From Takakia lepidozioides (Eukaryota > Plantae > Bryophyta): 64,000 bases of DNA. The stretch lies in assembly GCA_030704615.1 (NCBI GenBank), contig CM060732.1, positions 66,712,001 to 66,776,000 on the forward strand, in the 5' to 3' direction. The translations under genes and the position numbers were made by a program. This document shows positions 53,192-64,000 of this stretch, piece by piece (the stretch's first letter is position 1; each line of letters begins with the position of its first letter). The notes under the pieces are model-generated. The model was not told the origin of the DNA, ran no database searches, and saw only the letters and a list, made by a program, of their open reading frames with translations.

Positions 53192-53751
53192 ATGAACTCA
53201 TGCAGTATCTCCCGAAGAAGCTGCAATGGGGAACATGTTGCGGATCTCAATTCATGCAGCAGAGTGGCTGGGAGTGCTGTGGAGCTGAAATGGACATGTG
53301 CTTTGGCAGTGCAAGGAAAGGGACCTTTGCAGGGGGTGGGTATGGCGCCCTCCACCCCGCCAGGGAAACCGAAGACAGGTAAGGACATGAAACTCGTTAC
53401 GTGTTTATTTCTCTCTGTAGATTGTGGGCAATCCATGTTCCAAATTGCCTTTGAACCATTCGAGCAGAAACGAAGACCTGTAGACTTCCATCTACTCGTT
53501 CATTATCTCCAGAACTACCTGGGATTCTGGTCATATATCTTCTTTCCACCCATGGCATGAGAGAGGGACAGAGAGAGGAGAGCGAGCTCACCCATAGTTC
53601 ACGACAATCCGCGAACAGCAAATCAGTGTCAGGGCCAGTATAGATGAAACAAAAGCTAGTTCTAGCACCGCCGCCCTAGTCCCCAGTTTGACACAAATTT
53701 GATAAATGTGGCTGTGATTGCACTACCATTAAGACATCGGTTGAGTGACTT

Positions 53752-53788
<37 letters not shown>

Positions 53789-56700
53789 AACATTATAATG
53801 TCCACTGCGGGCCCATGGGACAGGTCAGGACAAACCAACGACTCTATCAAGTGTCACCTTAAGACGCAGTGCCTCAGCAGGTTCGCCAACAGAGGAAGAG
53901 ATGAGAATTCATTACAGTCATGGGAGGGTCCATGGGATACAGTAGAAAAAGACTTTAGGACCACTGAAACAAAGGAACTATCTAAATCCCAAACTTTGCA
54001 CAAAGACGCACTGCCACTAAGCACTTAGGGTCCTCATGACTGGAAGAGAAAGACGGTAGCTTATGGAGAACATATAATGACATTGTACAACACCACTTCT
54101 AGCTGATGTGATGTTTCTTTGGATCTCCAGAAATGTTGTCCAAAACTAGAGTAACACTCCTTGAAATCAACGTGTTTAGAAGCTGGCAATGTACTCATGT
54201 TGTTGCGGTTTTTGTACACAGGGGAAGCGATAAGTACGGAACAACTCTGGCAGGAGTTCTTCTCAGATCCTTCACAGTGGTGGGATAACAGGCATGAGAA
54301 GGTGAGGGACATGTTCATTTAGGCTGTGACAGAGGGTGTCAGTTTTCCACACTGTTGCGAGAAATCAATCAAAGCAGTTATTACTGTGGGCATTCATAGC
54401 TTGTGCTTCCTTTTTCCAAAGAGCTTGAAGGTAGGTTTCCAGGTTCTTACCTGTATTTGAGAGATGTTTGGATGTTTGGTGGTTAAATTATGGCTGTTCA
54501 TTTGTCGACTCACTGACATTACAGAGAAGTCAAAGATCACCAGACTTCAAGCATAAGCGCACCAAGGAGGTCCTTTGGATTGAGAGTTGGTCAAACCCTC
54601 CTTGGGTGAAATCCGAGCTAGCTGCCATGACACAAGATCAAGGGCGATCTGGTGATGATTTGAATGTCAAGGTACCTCATGGAGCTCCAGGCCAAGAACA
54701 CAACGGGTATTGTTTTGATGATGATTGAAGAGTTCCAAGTCTAGAAAGGGTACAGTTTATCCTTCAAAGTAGATGACTGCAGTAGTTTGTAGCTCTCTTA
54801 AATGTTGCAAATGGACTGTCCTCATGGTCATTCAAAGATATAGTACTTAAGTTTGAGCTAAGAGGTTTGTGACTAACAATTTTGGGTCGTTCAGGGTGGC
54901 TGTGTTAAACCAGGTAGACATGTTTGTCACACAGCAAACTGGCAGCAGTGTTAGCACCTCCAGCATCACCACTGTTCCTGAAACAGTGACAAGAGAGAGA
55001 CTCACTCGTAGGGCTGCAAGCACACCAGGCCAGGGAGGACGACTAAAAGACATGCTGCACATTTTGAACCAACAAGGAAACTGGGCAGACTCCAATACTT
55101 ATGTCTGTCTCTTACAGGAGTGCATCAACATGAAAGACTTGGCAGAGGGAAGGCAGGTGCATGCCCACATTACACAAAGTGGATTTAAACCAAACATGTT
55201 TCTCCTCAATACCCTTGTAAACATGTATGCCAAATGCGGGAGCATTGCCGATGCCCGCCAAGTGTTTGACAAAATGCCTGAACGAACATTGTTTACATGG
55301 ACTATAATGATGGCAGGATATGCCAAACATGGGCATGCCGAGGAGGCTCTGAAAATCTATGAGCATATGCAACAGGAAGGTGTTGTGCCTGACAGGGTTA
55401 CATTTATATGTATCCTCAATGCATGTGCCACCCTAGGTGCCCTGGAAAAGGGCAAAGAGATCCATGCTGATATCTTGAAAGCTGAAATTCCGTCATATAT
55501 AAATTTGGACACTGCCCTTGCTGATATGTATGCCAAATGCGGGAGCATGAGGGATGCTCATCAAGTGTTCAGCAGTATGGTTAAACGTAATGTCGTCTCA
55601 TGGAACGTCATGATTGCAGGTTATGCTGAGAATGGGTGTGGGGAGGAGGCCTTCAAGATCTATGAGCAAATGCAATTCGAAAAGGTGGCACCCGACAAGG
55701 TCACATTCATTTCCATTCTCAATGCTTGTGCCATCGTGGGAGCGTTGGAAAAGGGCAAAGAAGTCCATGCTGATATAGTGAAAGCTGGAATTGTGTCATA
55801 TATAAATTTAGACACTGCCCTTGCTGACATGTATGCCAAATGCGGGAGCATGAAGGATGCACGGCAAGTGTTCGACAACATGCCTAAACATGATGTGGTG
55901 TCATGGAACGTCATGATCACAGGTTATGCTGAGCATGGGTCTGGGAGGGATGCATTTGCTAGCTATGAGCAAATGCAACAGGAAGGGGTGACAGCTAACA
56001 AGGTCACGTTCATTTCTCTTCTCAATGCGTGTGCTAGTTTCGGGGCGCTTGAAAAGGGCAAGCAGATTCATGCTGACATCATCAAGGCTGGAACTGCATC
56101 CTATATTAAATTGGGGAATAGCCTTGTCGACATGTATGCCAAATGCGGGAGCTTGAAGGATGCCTGGAAAGTGTTTGAGGCTATGGCTCAACGAGACGTG
56201 GTCTCATGGAATGCCATGATTGCTGGATGCGCCCAGCATGGGGTTGGAAGGGAGGTTCTACAAATATTTGAACAAATGCAACAGGAAGGGTTGAATCCAA
56301 ATGGCATCACCTATGTATCTCTTCTCTCTGGATGTCGACATTTGGGCTTAATTGATGAAGGTCTTCACTACTTTGATGCCATGAGGCAAAATCATGGCCT
56401 CGCGCCTTCAGTGGAACATTTTGGCTGCATGGTGGACCTTCTTGGCCGTGCAGGGCAAGTGGATGAGGCAGAGGCCCTCATTGACAAAATGCCAGTCGAA
56501 CCAAATGCTTCAGTGTGGGGAGCCTTGCTTGGTGCCTGCAGGATTCACAGCAATGTCAAGCTAGCAGAACGAGCTGCAAATGGCGTTTTGAAGTGTGATC
56601 CACAGAACCCTGGAGCTTATGTGCTACTATCGAACATCTATGCTGCGGCTGGCAGGTGGGACGATAAAGCAAAGGTGAGAAAAATGATGGAGGACAGAGG

Positions 56701-57121
56701 TGTCAGAAAGGAACGAGGGCACAGCTGCATTGAAGTCAACAACCAGGTGCATACATTTGTTGCAGAAGACAAATCGCACCCCCAAATTGAGGAAATCCAT
56801 GCCGAGCTGCAAGGATTGGCTGGGCAGATGAAGGAGGCTGGGTACATGCCTGACACCCGCTTTGTATTGCATGATTTGGAGGTGGAAGAAAAAGAACTTT
56901 TTCTTTGCTACCACAGTGAGAAGCTGGCCATTGCGTTTGGGCTGATCAGCACAACCCCTGGGACGCCTGTCCACATCATCAAGAATCTTCGGGTGTGCGG
57001 TGACTGTCACACCGCCACCAAGTTCATCTCAAAAATAGTTGGGCGCACACTTATTGTGCGGGATGCCAACCGCTTTCACCACTTCCAGGATGGGGTTTGT
57101 TCTTGTGGGGACTACTGGTGA
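53192..57121 (+). CDS. PLS-class PPR-E-DYW RNA-editing factor with N-terminal OSB-type PDF motif
   Basis: Exons 53192-53378 (AVELKW), 54222-54301 (LWQEFFSDPSQWWDNRHEK), 54525-54706 (SPDFKHKRTKEVLWIE...PPWV) and 54895-57121 (PLS array, HSEKLA, CGDCH, DYW). Phases 1/0/2 join in frame. Confidence 0.92.
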
Positions 57122-58399
57122 ATCAAGCAAAGTGGGTGCTTCAAGCCTCAGGATGAAAAGGTTACTATTGGGATGGGTGCTATCTTTTATAAATTCTGCA
57201 AAGCAGAGATAATGCTTCGCCCTTATTTCTGTTGTGGGTGCACTGTTGATGAGGGATTCCAAGAGCCACCTGGCACTTCCCATGTTCTTCCTACCCAAAT
57301 GCCTGTTAAGCCCTGGAGAGGTGGTTCCTCTCTTTCAGTGGTATGGTCGCCAAGCAGGATGTAGCAATTTTCACTGGCATCGCCAAAAAGCTCATGCCCC
57401 ATCTGTATGGGGCGTTGGGCTCCCCTACAGCTTGAAGGTGCCATAACCACAGCGCCGGCTGAATTCAGAGTCAATTTTGTCTCCAAGTTTTAATAATTAC
57501 ATTCTGACCTCAGTAGTGTTGGCTACCATATATCCTCGTCACCTGAAAATTCTCGTCATTTGTTTCTTCCATATCGTGGGTACCTATATGGAAACATTTC
57601 TCTAGTCAAAATATGATCCTTTTGATCTACAGTTTTCCACTGATAGAAAACAGCCAGTCCTTATTGGTAACTAGCTTTGTTGACAACCAGATTTGCAGCA
57701 GCTGTTCTCACTGCAGTTGGCAGGGCGAGTTCTGTGTTTGGGACTGAATTAGTAGTCACTGTTGTCTTTACTATTCTTGAGGCTGTGTGCTTGTTGGCCA
57801 CTTGTTGAAGTTCACCAGAGTGCCACATTAACATAGCAACACTGGTTCACACAAACAGACAAACGGACAAACGGACAGAGAGCCAACAAGTGAAGCAGGC
57901 TTTCCATCTGGGTACGGTGAGTCACCTGGGCATTTTGTGACCAGTGTTGTTTTTTGACAGGTAGCCCTACCTTTTTTGTGACAAGTTAAATTTTGTTTTG
58001 ACTTTCACTGCGACAGACCACTTCGAGAAAATGCCTTTCACATGACAGTGGAGCTCCAGTCCGTGGAAAAAAATATATATATCCGTGAATACATATGGTA
58101 TTGTCTTTATTGTTTTCATGGGTTCCAAGTCCAACTCAAACATGTAGCATTCGTACCACTTATTCTCTAACCATAAGACTTTAGCATTTTTATCTTCATA
58201 CGTAGCCCCAAGCCTCTCTTCTTTGAGAGATGTTTTCTTGGCTTATCAATGAGCTAGGAAATACAATATGCCATATGATTGTAAGTTTGTAAGTAAAGAT
58301 TTTGAATCATGCAAGATGGCCGTGTCAAATTAGGTGCTATTGTTTGAATATGGCACTCCTCCCCAACAAATGCTTTTGAAACAGGATCAGGAGAGGGAC

Positions 58400-58561
58400 T
58401 GGAGACCCAACAATTCATTTTGGCTGCCAGACTCCAATACTTAATTGTGCATTTTACAAAGGTGTATCAAGAGTAAAGACCTAGAAACGGGAAAGCAAGT
58501 GCATGCCCACATTATCCAACATGGATTCGAGCCAAATAGCCGTCTACTCAACACCCTTGTC
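58400..58561 (+). pseudogene. Truncated PPR paralog remnant (first L motif only)
   Basis: cagactccaatactta...gggaaagcaagtgcatgcccacattatccaa...ctcaacacccttgtc parallels 55086-55218 and 62000-62133, then breaks off. Confidence 0.75.
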
Positions 58562-59601
58562 ACAAAATTTTATTTTATTTTTTAAGAATGGAGGGTAGAG
58601 CATGCATAGGAAACAAGCCTAAAACGGCAATTGGCTCTCTTGCTTTGGCAAAACATAAGAGGAGGTGAGAGTAAGGGGCATGAGTCAGCACAACACACCA
58701 ATCGGAGCCTTGACACGGGGTAAGGTCCTTTGACCACATTTTCTCCATTGACTTCAACTTGATGCAAAGTCTCTCTCTCTACAAGAGAGCCAACAAAGAC
58801 GAAAGAGCCTAGAGGTTTAAGGCTTGAAATACAAAGAAGGGCAGTTGGCAGTGCCTCTCCTAGGTGGACTTAATAATAAAATTACCCCTAATTATCAGAA
58901 ATTTCTGCCTTTCTTTTGACAAACTATTTTTTTTTTTACTTTGGCATTTTTTTCTCACTGCCTTTCTTTTGACAGGCTCATATTTTTTTTGACTTTTTTT
59001 GCCTGTCAAATGCCTTGTGACAGGTGCAAAAATCAGCGAGGGCCTCGACACCCTATTTCATTCGTTTCTCAATCTGATCCAAGAACCCCGTGGGGTGTCG
59101 ATGAAGAAATCGACATAGCATTTAGTCATGGTCAATGAAACTTATCAGCTCAACCTCCTGTGCCATGTTCACCTCCTTGAGAACTGAAAGATGCCTTGCA
59201 GTATCTTCAGTGCCAGAAGAGAAACTGCGGTCTCTCTTTCCTCGCCCTCTTCCAAATGTCGAAGTGCTTGATTGCAACAAGACAAACAGAACTGCTTGTC
59301 TGCTTGTCTGTCTGTTTGTCTGTCAGAGCAGGTGTGGGCTGCCGAAAGTCGGAATCTCAAGCTAGATTGGCAGCAAGTGGGGTGACCTTGCATGCTCAGG
59401 ATATCGTGTGTATTCGCCATACACCTTGATCTTGTGGTGTGGAGCCCCGTGAACGAAAGGGTGTGGACATAGATGCAAAGGTGGGGGGGTATGTATCGAT
59501 TTGAGGTGGGTTGATTCTTGCGTGGACATACAATGCAATGGATGTGGGGATACATAATAGGCGAGGATGGCGTCTGGTAACTGTACAAAGGCAGGACCCG
59601 T

Positions 59602-62600
59602 ATGTACCGCGCGTTTGCTGCTCTCTTCCCGCTTTGTCTTGGCTCTTTCACGGGCACAGGAATGGCAGCATGCTCCATTGGTTTCCTGCATTCGGAAGGA
59701 GAGGCCATACACGAGGCCCTGTCTTCTCCTTGTGGTGAAAGGACAGGAAGCATCACATTGCGGAGCGGATTGACGAGCAGGGCTGTGGAGCTGAAATGGG
59801 TATCCAGCTTCGCTATGCAGGGCCAAAGACCCTTGCAACTCATGTCCATGACGTCTTCCCAGCCTTCACGGAAACTGAAGACAGGTATAGACATGTAAGT
59901 TCTGTTGCATTTTGGGGTGTCCAAACTGTGTGCTAGCAGAAACTGCATCCATTTTGGTCCAAGGAGTTTACTTTATGGTCATGCAAAGTAGAACAGGAGC
60001 TGCAGTGCAACATCGTTGCCCTCCTTTGATCAGGCTCCTAGCGTCGATTATCTTAGAATATCGGGTATTACTAGACATGCGATTCGATTCAATTGACCAT
60101 ACCGTCTGACCTTGAATTCATCTCGTCGAGAACTTAAGAGCTTTCCTTCTTTTTTCCTACCCTGGATAATCCAGCTTAGTGAAGATATGATCCTTCTCCT
60201 GCCAACTGCGCTAAGAAACGCGATGTCTCCATAATTTTCCAGGCTCTTCTCCTTGGCCTTTCTTAAACAAATTGACAATGACTCCCTGTCTCCAACGAAA
60301 GGGAATCACTTCAGTCTGCCAAATAAGTTACAGAGAAGGGCAAAGGCGCCTAACCTAGGGTCACCACCATACTTGATGATTAGCTCGCCGACAGTGCCAT
60401 CAGGTCCTCCCTTTATAGCCGCTTAGATACTTCATAGAATCCATGACCTTGCAGAACTAATGGGCGCATCATATCCCTTTGAGATATACTCGAGTTCATC
60501 AGGGCTATCTTGTAACATAAGAACAGTTTTTTCTACTGTGTCCTTCCATTCTTCAGAAGTCTCAAGGAACCCACTCATTTGGTTGATTCTTCTCTCAAGC
60601 TTCTTCAAGAGGTTTCCCAGCTTGAGGTCCCCTTACTAATAGAATTAGATTCACAGCCAAGAAGGCTGTAATGTGCTTCAAAGGTTTCGTTGACCCTTAT
60701 TATTCCCTACAGCCTGTACTCGCTGGCCATGTTTCGGCCTGTACAACTTCTGAGCCCTTGCAAGCTGTTTAACAAGTTTGCGCATTTGGGAATATCTAGA
60801 CCACAGCTCCTTGTTATTCTTCATATTAACAGAGAGAGAGAGAATGCACTCGGAAGACTTTGTTTGCTGTAGCCTCCAGAGAGAGAGAGAGAATGTACTC
60901 ATAAGACGTTGTTTGCCGTAGCCTTGTGGCCATTGACCCCGTGCCCAGTTTGAGCAGAACCCAAAGAGACAGAAACTACCTTTGTCAGGGGCTGATACTG
61001 GTAGTATGACTTATTTTGAAATAGACAATTGATCCGAGTTTTCTAGCTATCCTCTAGAAATCCCTTCACACAAACATCAACCTGCTGTGTGTGATTTGCC
61101 CAATAACTAGACCCCAAAAGGGCCTGGGCTTTTGGGTCAGCCTCGTGATTTTCACAGTTGGTAAACAGAGGTAGGAACATTCCCTTGATGGATTTGAAGA
61201 GGGTGTGTCTCTCTGGTGAGAATACCAGGACAATGAATCAGAAAGTGGATACTGTCTTCAGGTTGTCCACACGCGCACACACACACACACACACACACAG
61301 TCTACTCATAAGACATCGTTTGCCGTAGCCTACACAAACACCCACACAGAGAATGTACTCATAAGACGTTTGCGGTAGACACACACACACAGAGGGAGAG
61401 TGGGAGAGAGAAATAAACAAATGGTGAAACAATGAGATGGGGCCCAGAGGGCCCCTAGCACCACTTCAGAAAACTCAAACAACTTCTGAAGGCTAAGTGC
61501 CTTCTGCAGGTAGGCTGCCTTGCACTTGGGCTCCTCAAAACTGAAGCCTCTGCCAAAGGTAGTTATGGGGAGTTGGTGGAAACCCACCCAGGATAAAAGC
61601 TGAGCTGGTTGGAGTAGTGCAGGGCTGAGCATAATCTGGTGATGGTTGTAATGTTGATGTCTGCCATGGAGCACCAGCTGAGAATGCAACGGGTGTTGTT
61701 TTGATAATGATGCAAAAGGTTCCAACTCAGCTTCAGATATGTGTAAGTTCGAGTGAGAAGGTTTATAACTAAGAGGTTCGCATCATGCAGGATGGCAAGG
61801 TTGAATCTGCCCCAGTTCTTTGCTGACCATCAGGCTGTCAGGAGGGATAGCACCTCCACCATCACTACTCCTTCTGAAAGAGGGCGAAGAGAGAGTGTAA
61901 ATACGGAGTCTTCTGCCACCTGTGGGCATGTAAGAAGACTGAGTAAGGCAGGACGATTGAAAGAGGCACTGATCATTCTGAACCAACAACGAGTTTTGGC
62001 AGACTCCAATACTTATGTCTGTCTCTTACAAGAGTGCATCAACATGAAAAGCTTAGCAGAGGGAAAGCAGGTGTATACACACATCATCCAAAGTGGATTT
62101 AAGCCAAACATTTTTCTATTCAACACACTTGTCAACATGTATGCCAAGTGCGGAAGTGTGGTTGGTGCTCGGCATGTGTTCAACAATATGACTGAACGAG
62201 ATGTATTTACCTGGAATACAATGATAGCAGGATATGCCAAGCAAGGGTGTGGTAGGGAGGCTTTTGAGATCTTTAGTCTAATGCAACAGGAAGGGGTGAC
62301 GCCCAACATGGTAACGTTCATTTGCATTCTGAATGCGTGTTCTAACCTAGGAGCCCTGGAAAAGGGCAAAGAGGTCCATGCTGGCATCATGAAAGCTGGA
62401 ATTTCGCCAGATATGATTCTGGAGACTGCCCTTGCTGACATGTATGCCAAATGTGGGAGCATGGAGGATGCACGTCAAATGTTTGACAATATGACTAAAC
62501 GAGATGTGGTCTCATGGAATGCCATGATCACAGGGTATGCTCAGCATGGTTGCGATAGGGAGGCTTTGAAGATCTATGAGCAAATGCAACGGGATGGGAT

Positions 62601-64000
62601 GACACCCAACAGGGTCACATATATTGGTGTGCTCAATGGATGTGCTGGCCTAGGAGACCTGGAAAAGGGCAGAGAGATCCATGCTGACATCATGAAAGCC
62701 GGGATTCCCATAGATATGATCCTGGAGACTACCCTTGCAGACATGTATGCCAAATGTGGGAACATGTCAGATGCACGCCAAGTGTTTGACAAAATGGCTA
62801 ACCAAAATGTAGTTGCATGGAATGTGATGATTGCAGGATATGCTCAGAGTGGGTGTGGTGGAAAGGCTTTTGAGATCTATGAGAGAATGCAGCAGGAAGG
62901 AGTGACTCGGTGCCTTGGAAAAAGGCAAAGAGGTCCATGCTGACATCATGAAAGCTGGAACTGCATCATATGTAAATTTGGAGAATGCCCTTGTCGACAT
63001 GTATGCCAAATGTGGCAGCATGCAGGATGCACATCAACTGTTCGACCGAATGGCTGAACGAGATGTTGTCTCATGGAATGCTATGATCTCGGGATATGCC
63101 CAGCATGAGTGTGGTAAGCAGGCTTTTGAGATCCACGAGCACATGCTCCGCGAAGGGGTGACGCCTGACAGGGTCACTTTTATTTGTGTTCTCAATGCAT
63201 GTGCCAGCCTAGGCGACCTGGAAAAGGGGCAAAGTGGTTCATGCTGCCATCATTAAAGCTCAAATTGGGTCATACATAATTTGGACAATGCCCTTATTGA
63301 CATGTATGCAAAATGCGGGAGCATGCAGGATGCATGGAAAGTGTTTGATGATATGGCTACACGAAATGTGGTCTCATGGAGTGCGATGATTGCAGGATAC
63401 ACTGAGAATGGGTGTGGTGGGGAGGCTTTCAAGATGTATGAGCAAATGCAACAGGAAGGGGTGATGCCAGACAGTGTCACGTACATCTCTGTTCTTAATG
63501 TGTGTGCCAGTGTCGGAGCACTGGAAAAGGGCAGAGAGGTCCATGATGACATTATCAAAGCTGGCACTATATCATATATTAAATTGGAGAATTGCCTTGT
63601 TGACATGTATGCCAAATGCGGGAACTTGGATGATGCGCGCCAAGTGTTCAGCAATATGGCTCAACGCGATGTGGTATCCTTGAATTCGATGATCGCAGGA
63701 TGTGCTCAGCATGGATGTGGTAGGGAGGCCCTGCAAGTGTTTGAACGAACGCAAGGGGAAGGTGTGAAGCCGAACGGGATCACCTTCATTTCTCTGCTCT
63801 CTGCATGTAGCCATGTGGGCCTAGTGGAGGAGGGTGCCACTACTTTGATTCCATGAGTAAGGATTATGGCCTCACACCTTCTGTAGAGCATTTTGGCTGC
63901 GTAGTGGACCTTCTTGGCCGTCCAGGTCGATTGGATGAGGCAGATGATTTTGTTAACAAAATGTCCATTGAACCGAGCTTCAGTGTGGGGAGCCTTGCTT
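59602..64000 (+). pseudogene. PLS-PPR paralog without PDF exons, frameshifted; runs past the window end
   Basis: AVELKW exon 59602-59894 and PPR exon from 61791. Frame breaks at ~62908 (part of an L motif deleted), ~63230-63270 and ~63838. Confidence 0.85.
60250..61380 (-). mobile_element. Rearranged LINE fragments (same family) with repeated 3' tails, in a PPR intron
   Basis: 60890-61270 matches the LINE 3' end. 60250-60830 matches ~27655-28170 (GGPDG...ELI-K-GGDP, NKELW). Tail 30-mers recur beside (GA)n and (CA)n. Confidence 0.85.

Noticed and set aside
52465-53382. 305-aa ORF as an alternative first exon skipping PDF (phase 2 would fit 54895)
   Set aside because: The equivalent frame has a stop in the paralog at ~59771; only the VELKW frame is conserved. 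It cannot be fully excluded without cDNA.
56690-57121. U-to-C (DYW:KP) editing enzyme
   Set aside because: Both DYW domains have HSEKLA and a terminal DYW with PG-type boxes (PGCS, variant RGHS), not the KP-type signature.
57945-59110. tgaca-rich segments suggesting TE termini
   Set aside because: TIRs and a TSD could not be defined by eye.

Overview
Eukaryotic nuclear DNA from a land plant. The style of the PLS-PPR arrays and of an AGO4-clade fragment suggests a seed-free plant, but this is inference. The first ~12.6 kb is transposon-rich: a Ty3/gypsy relic, a ~1.08-kb foldback, a minisatellite, an AT-rich island with a 79-bp palindrome array and a decayed intron-containing GIY-YIG endonuclease gene, MITEs, a GLY1-like retrocopy and a LINE end. 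A gene-rich stretch follows: RecQ2 helicase (antisense Argonaute fragment in an intron), LPA1 (intron holds a LINE, into which a 366-bp TRIM with tRNA-derived LTRs has inserted), a 6-exon YABBY gene, a PPR-DYW gene, eIF1A, a PX-domain EREX/EREL gene and a tandem PPR-DYW cluster. The most notable observation is that two intact DYW-type RNA-editing PPR genes carry spliced, in-frame N-terminal exons encoding the PDF motif of OSB organellar ssDNA-binding proteins, while a neighbouring paralog lacks it. All gene models were built by eye from splice signals and reading-frame phase, with no database search.
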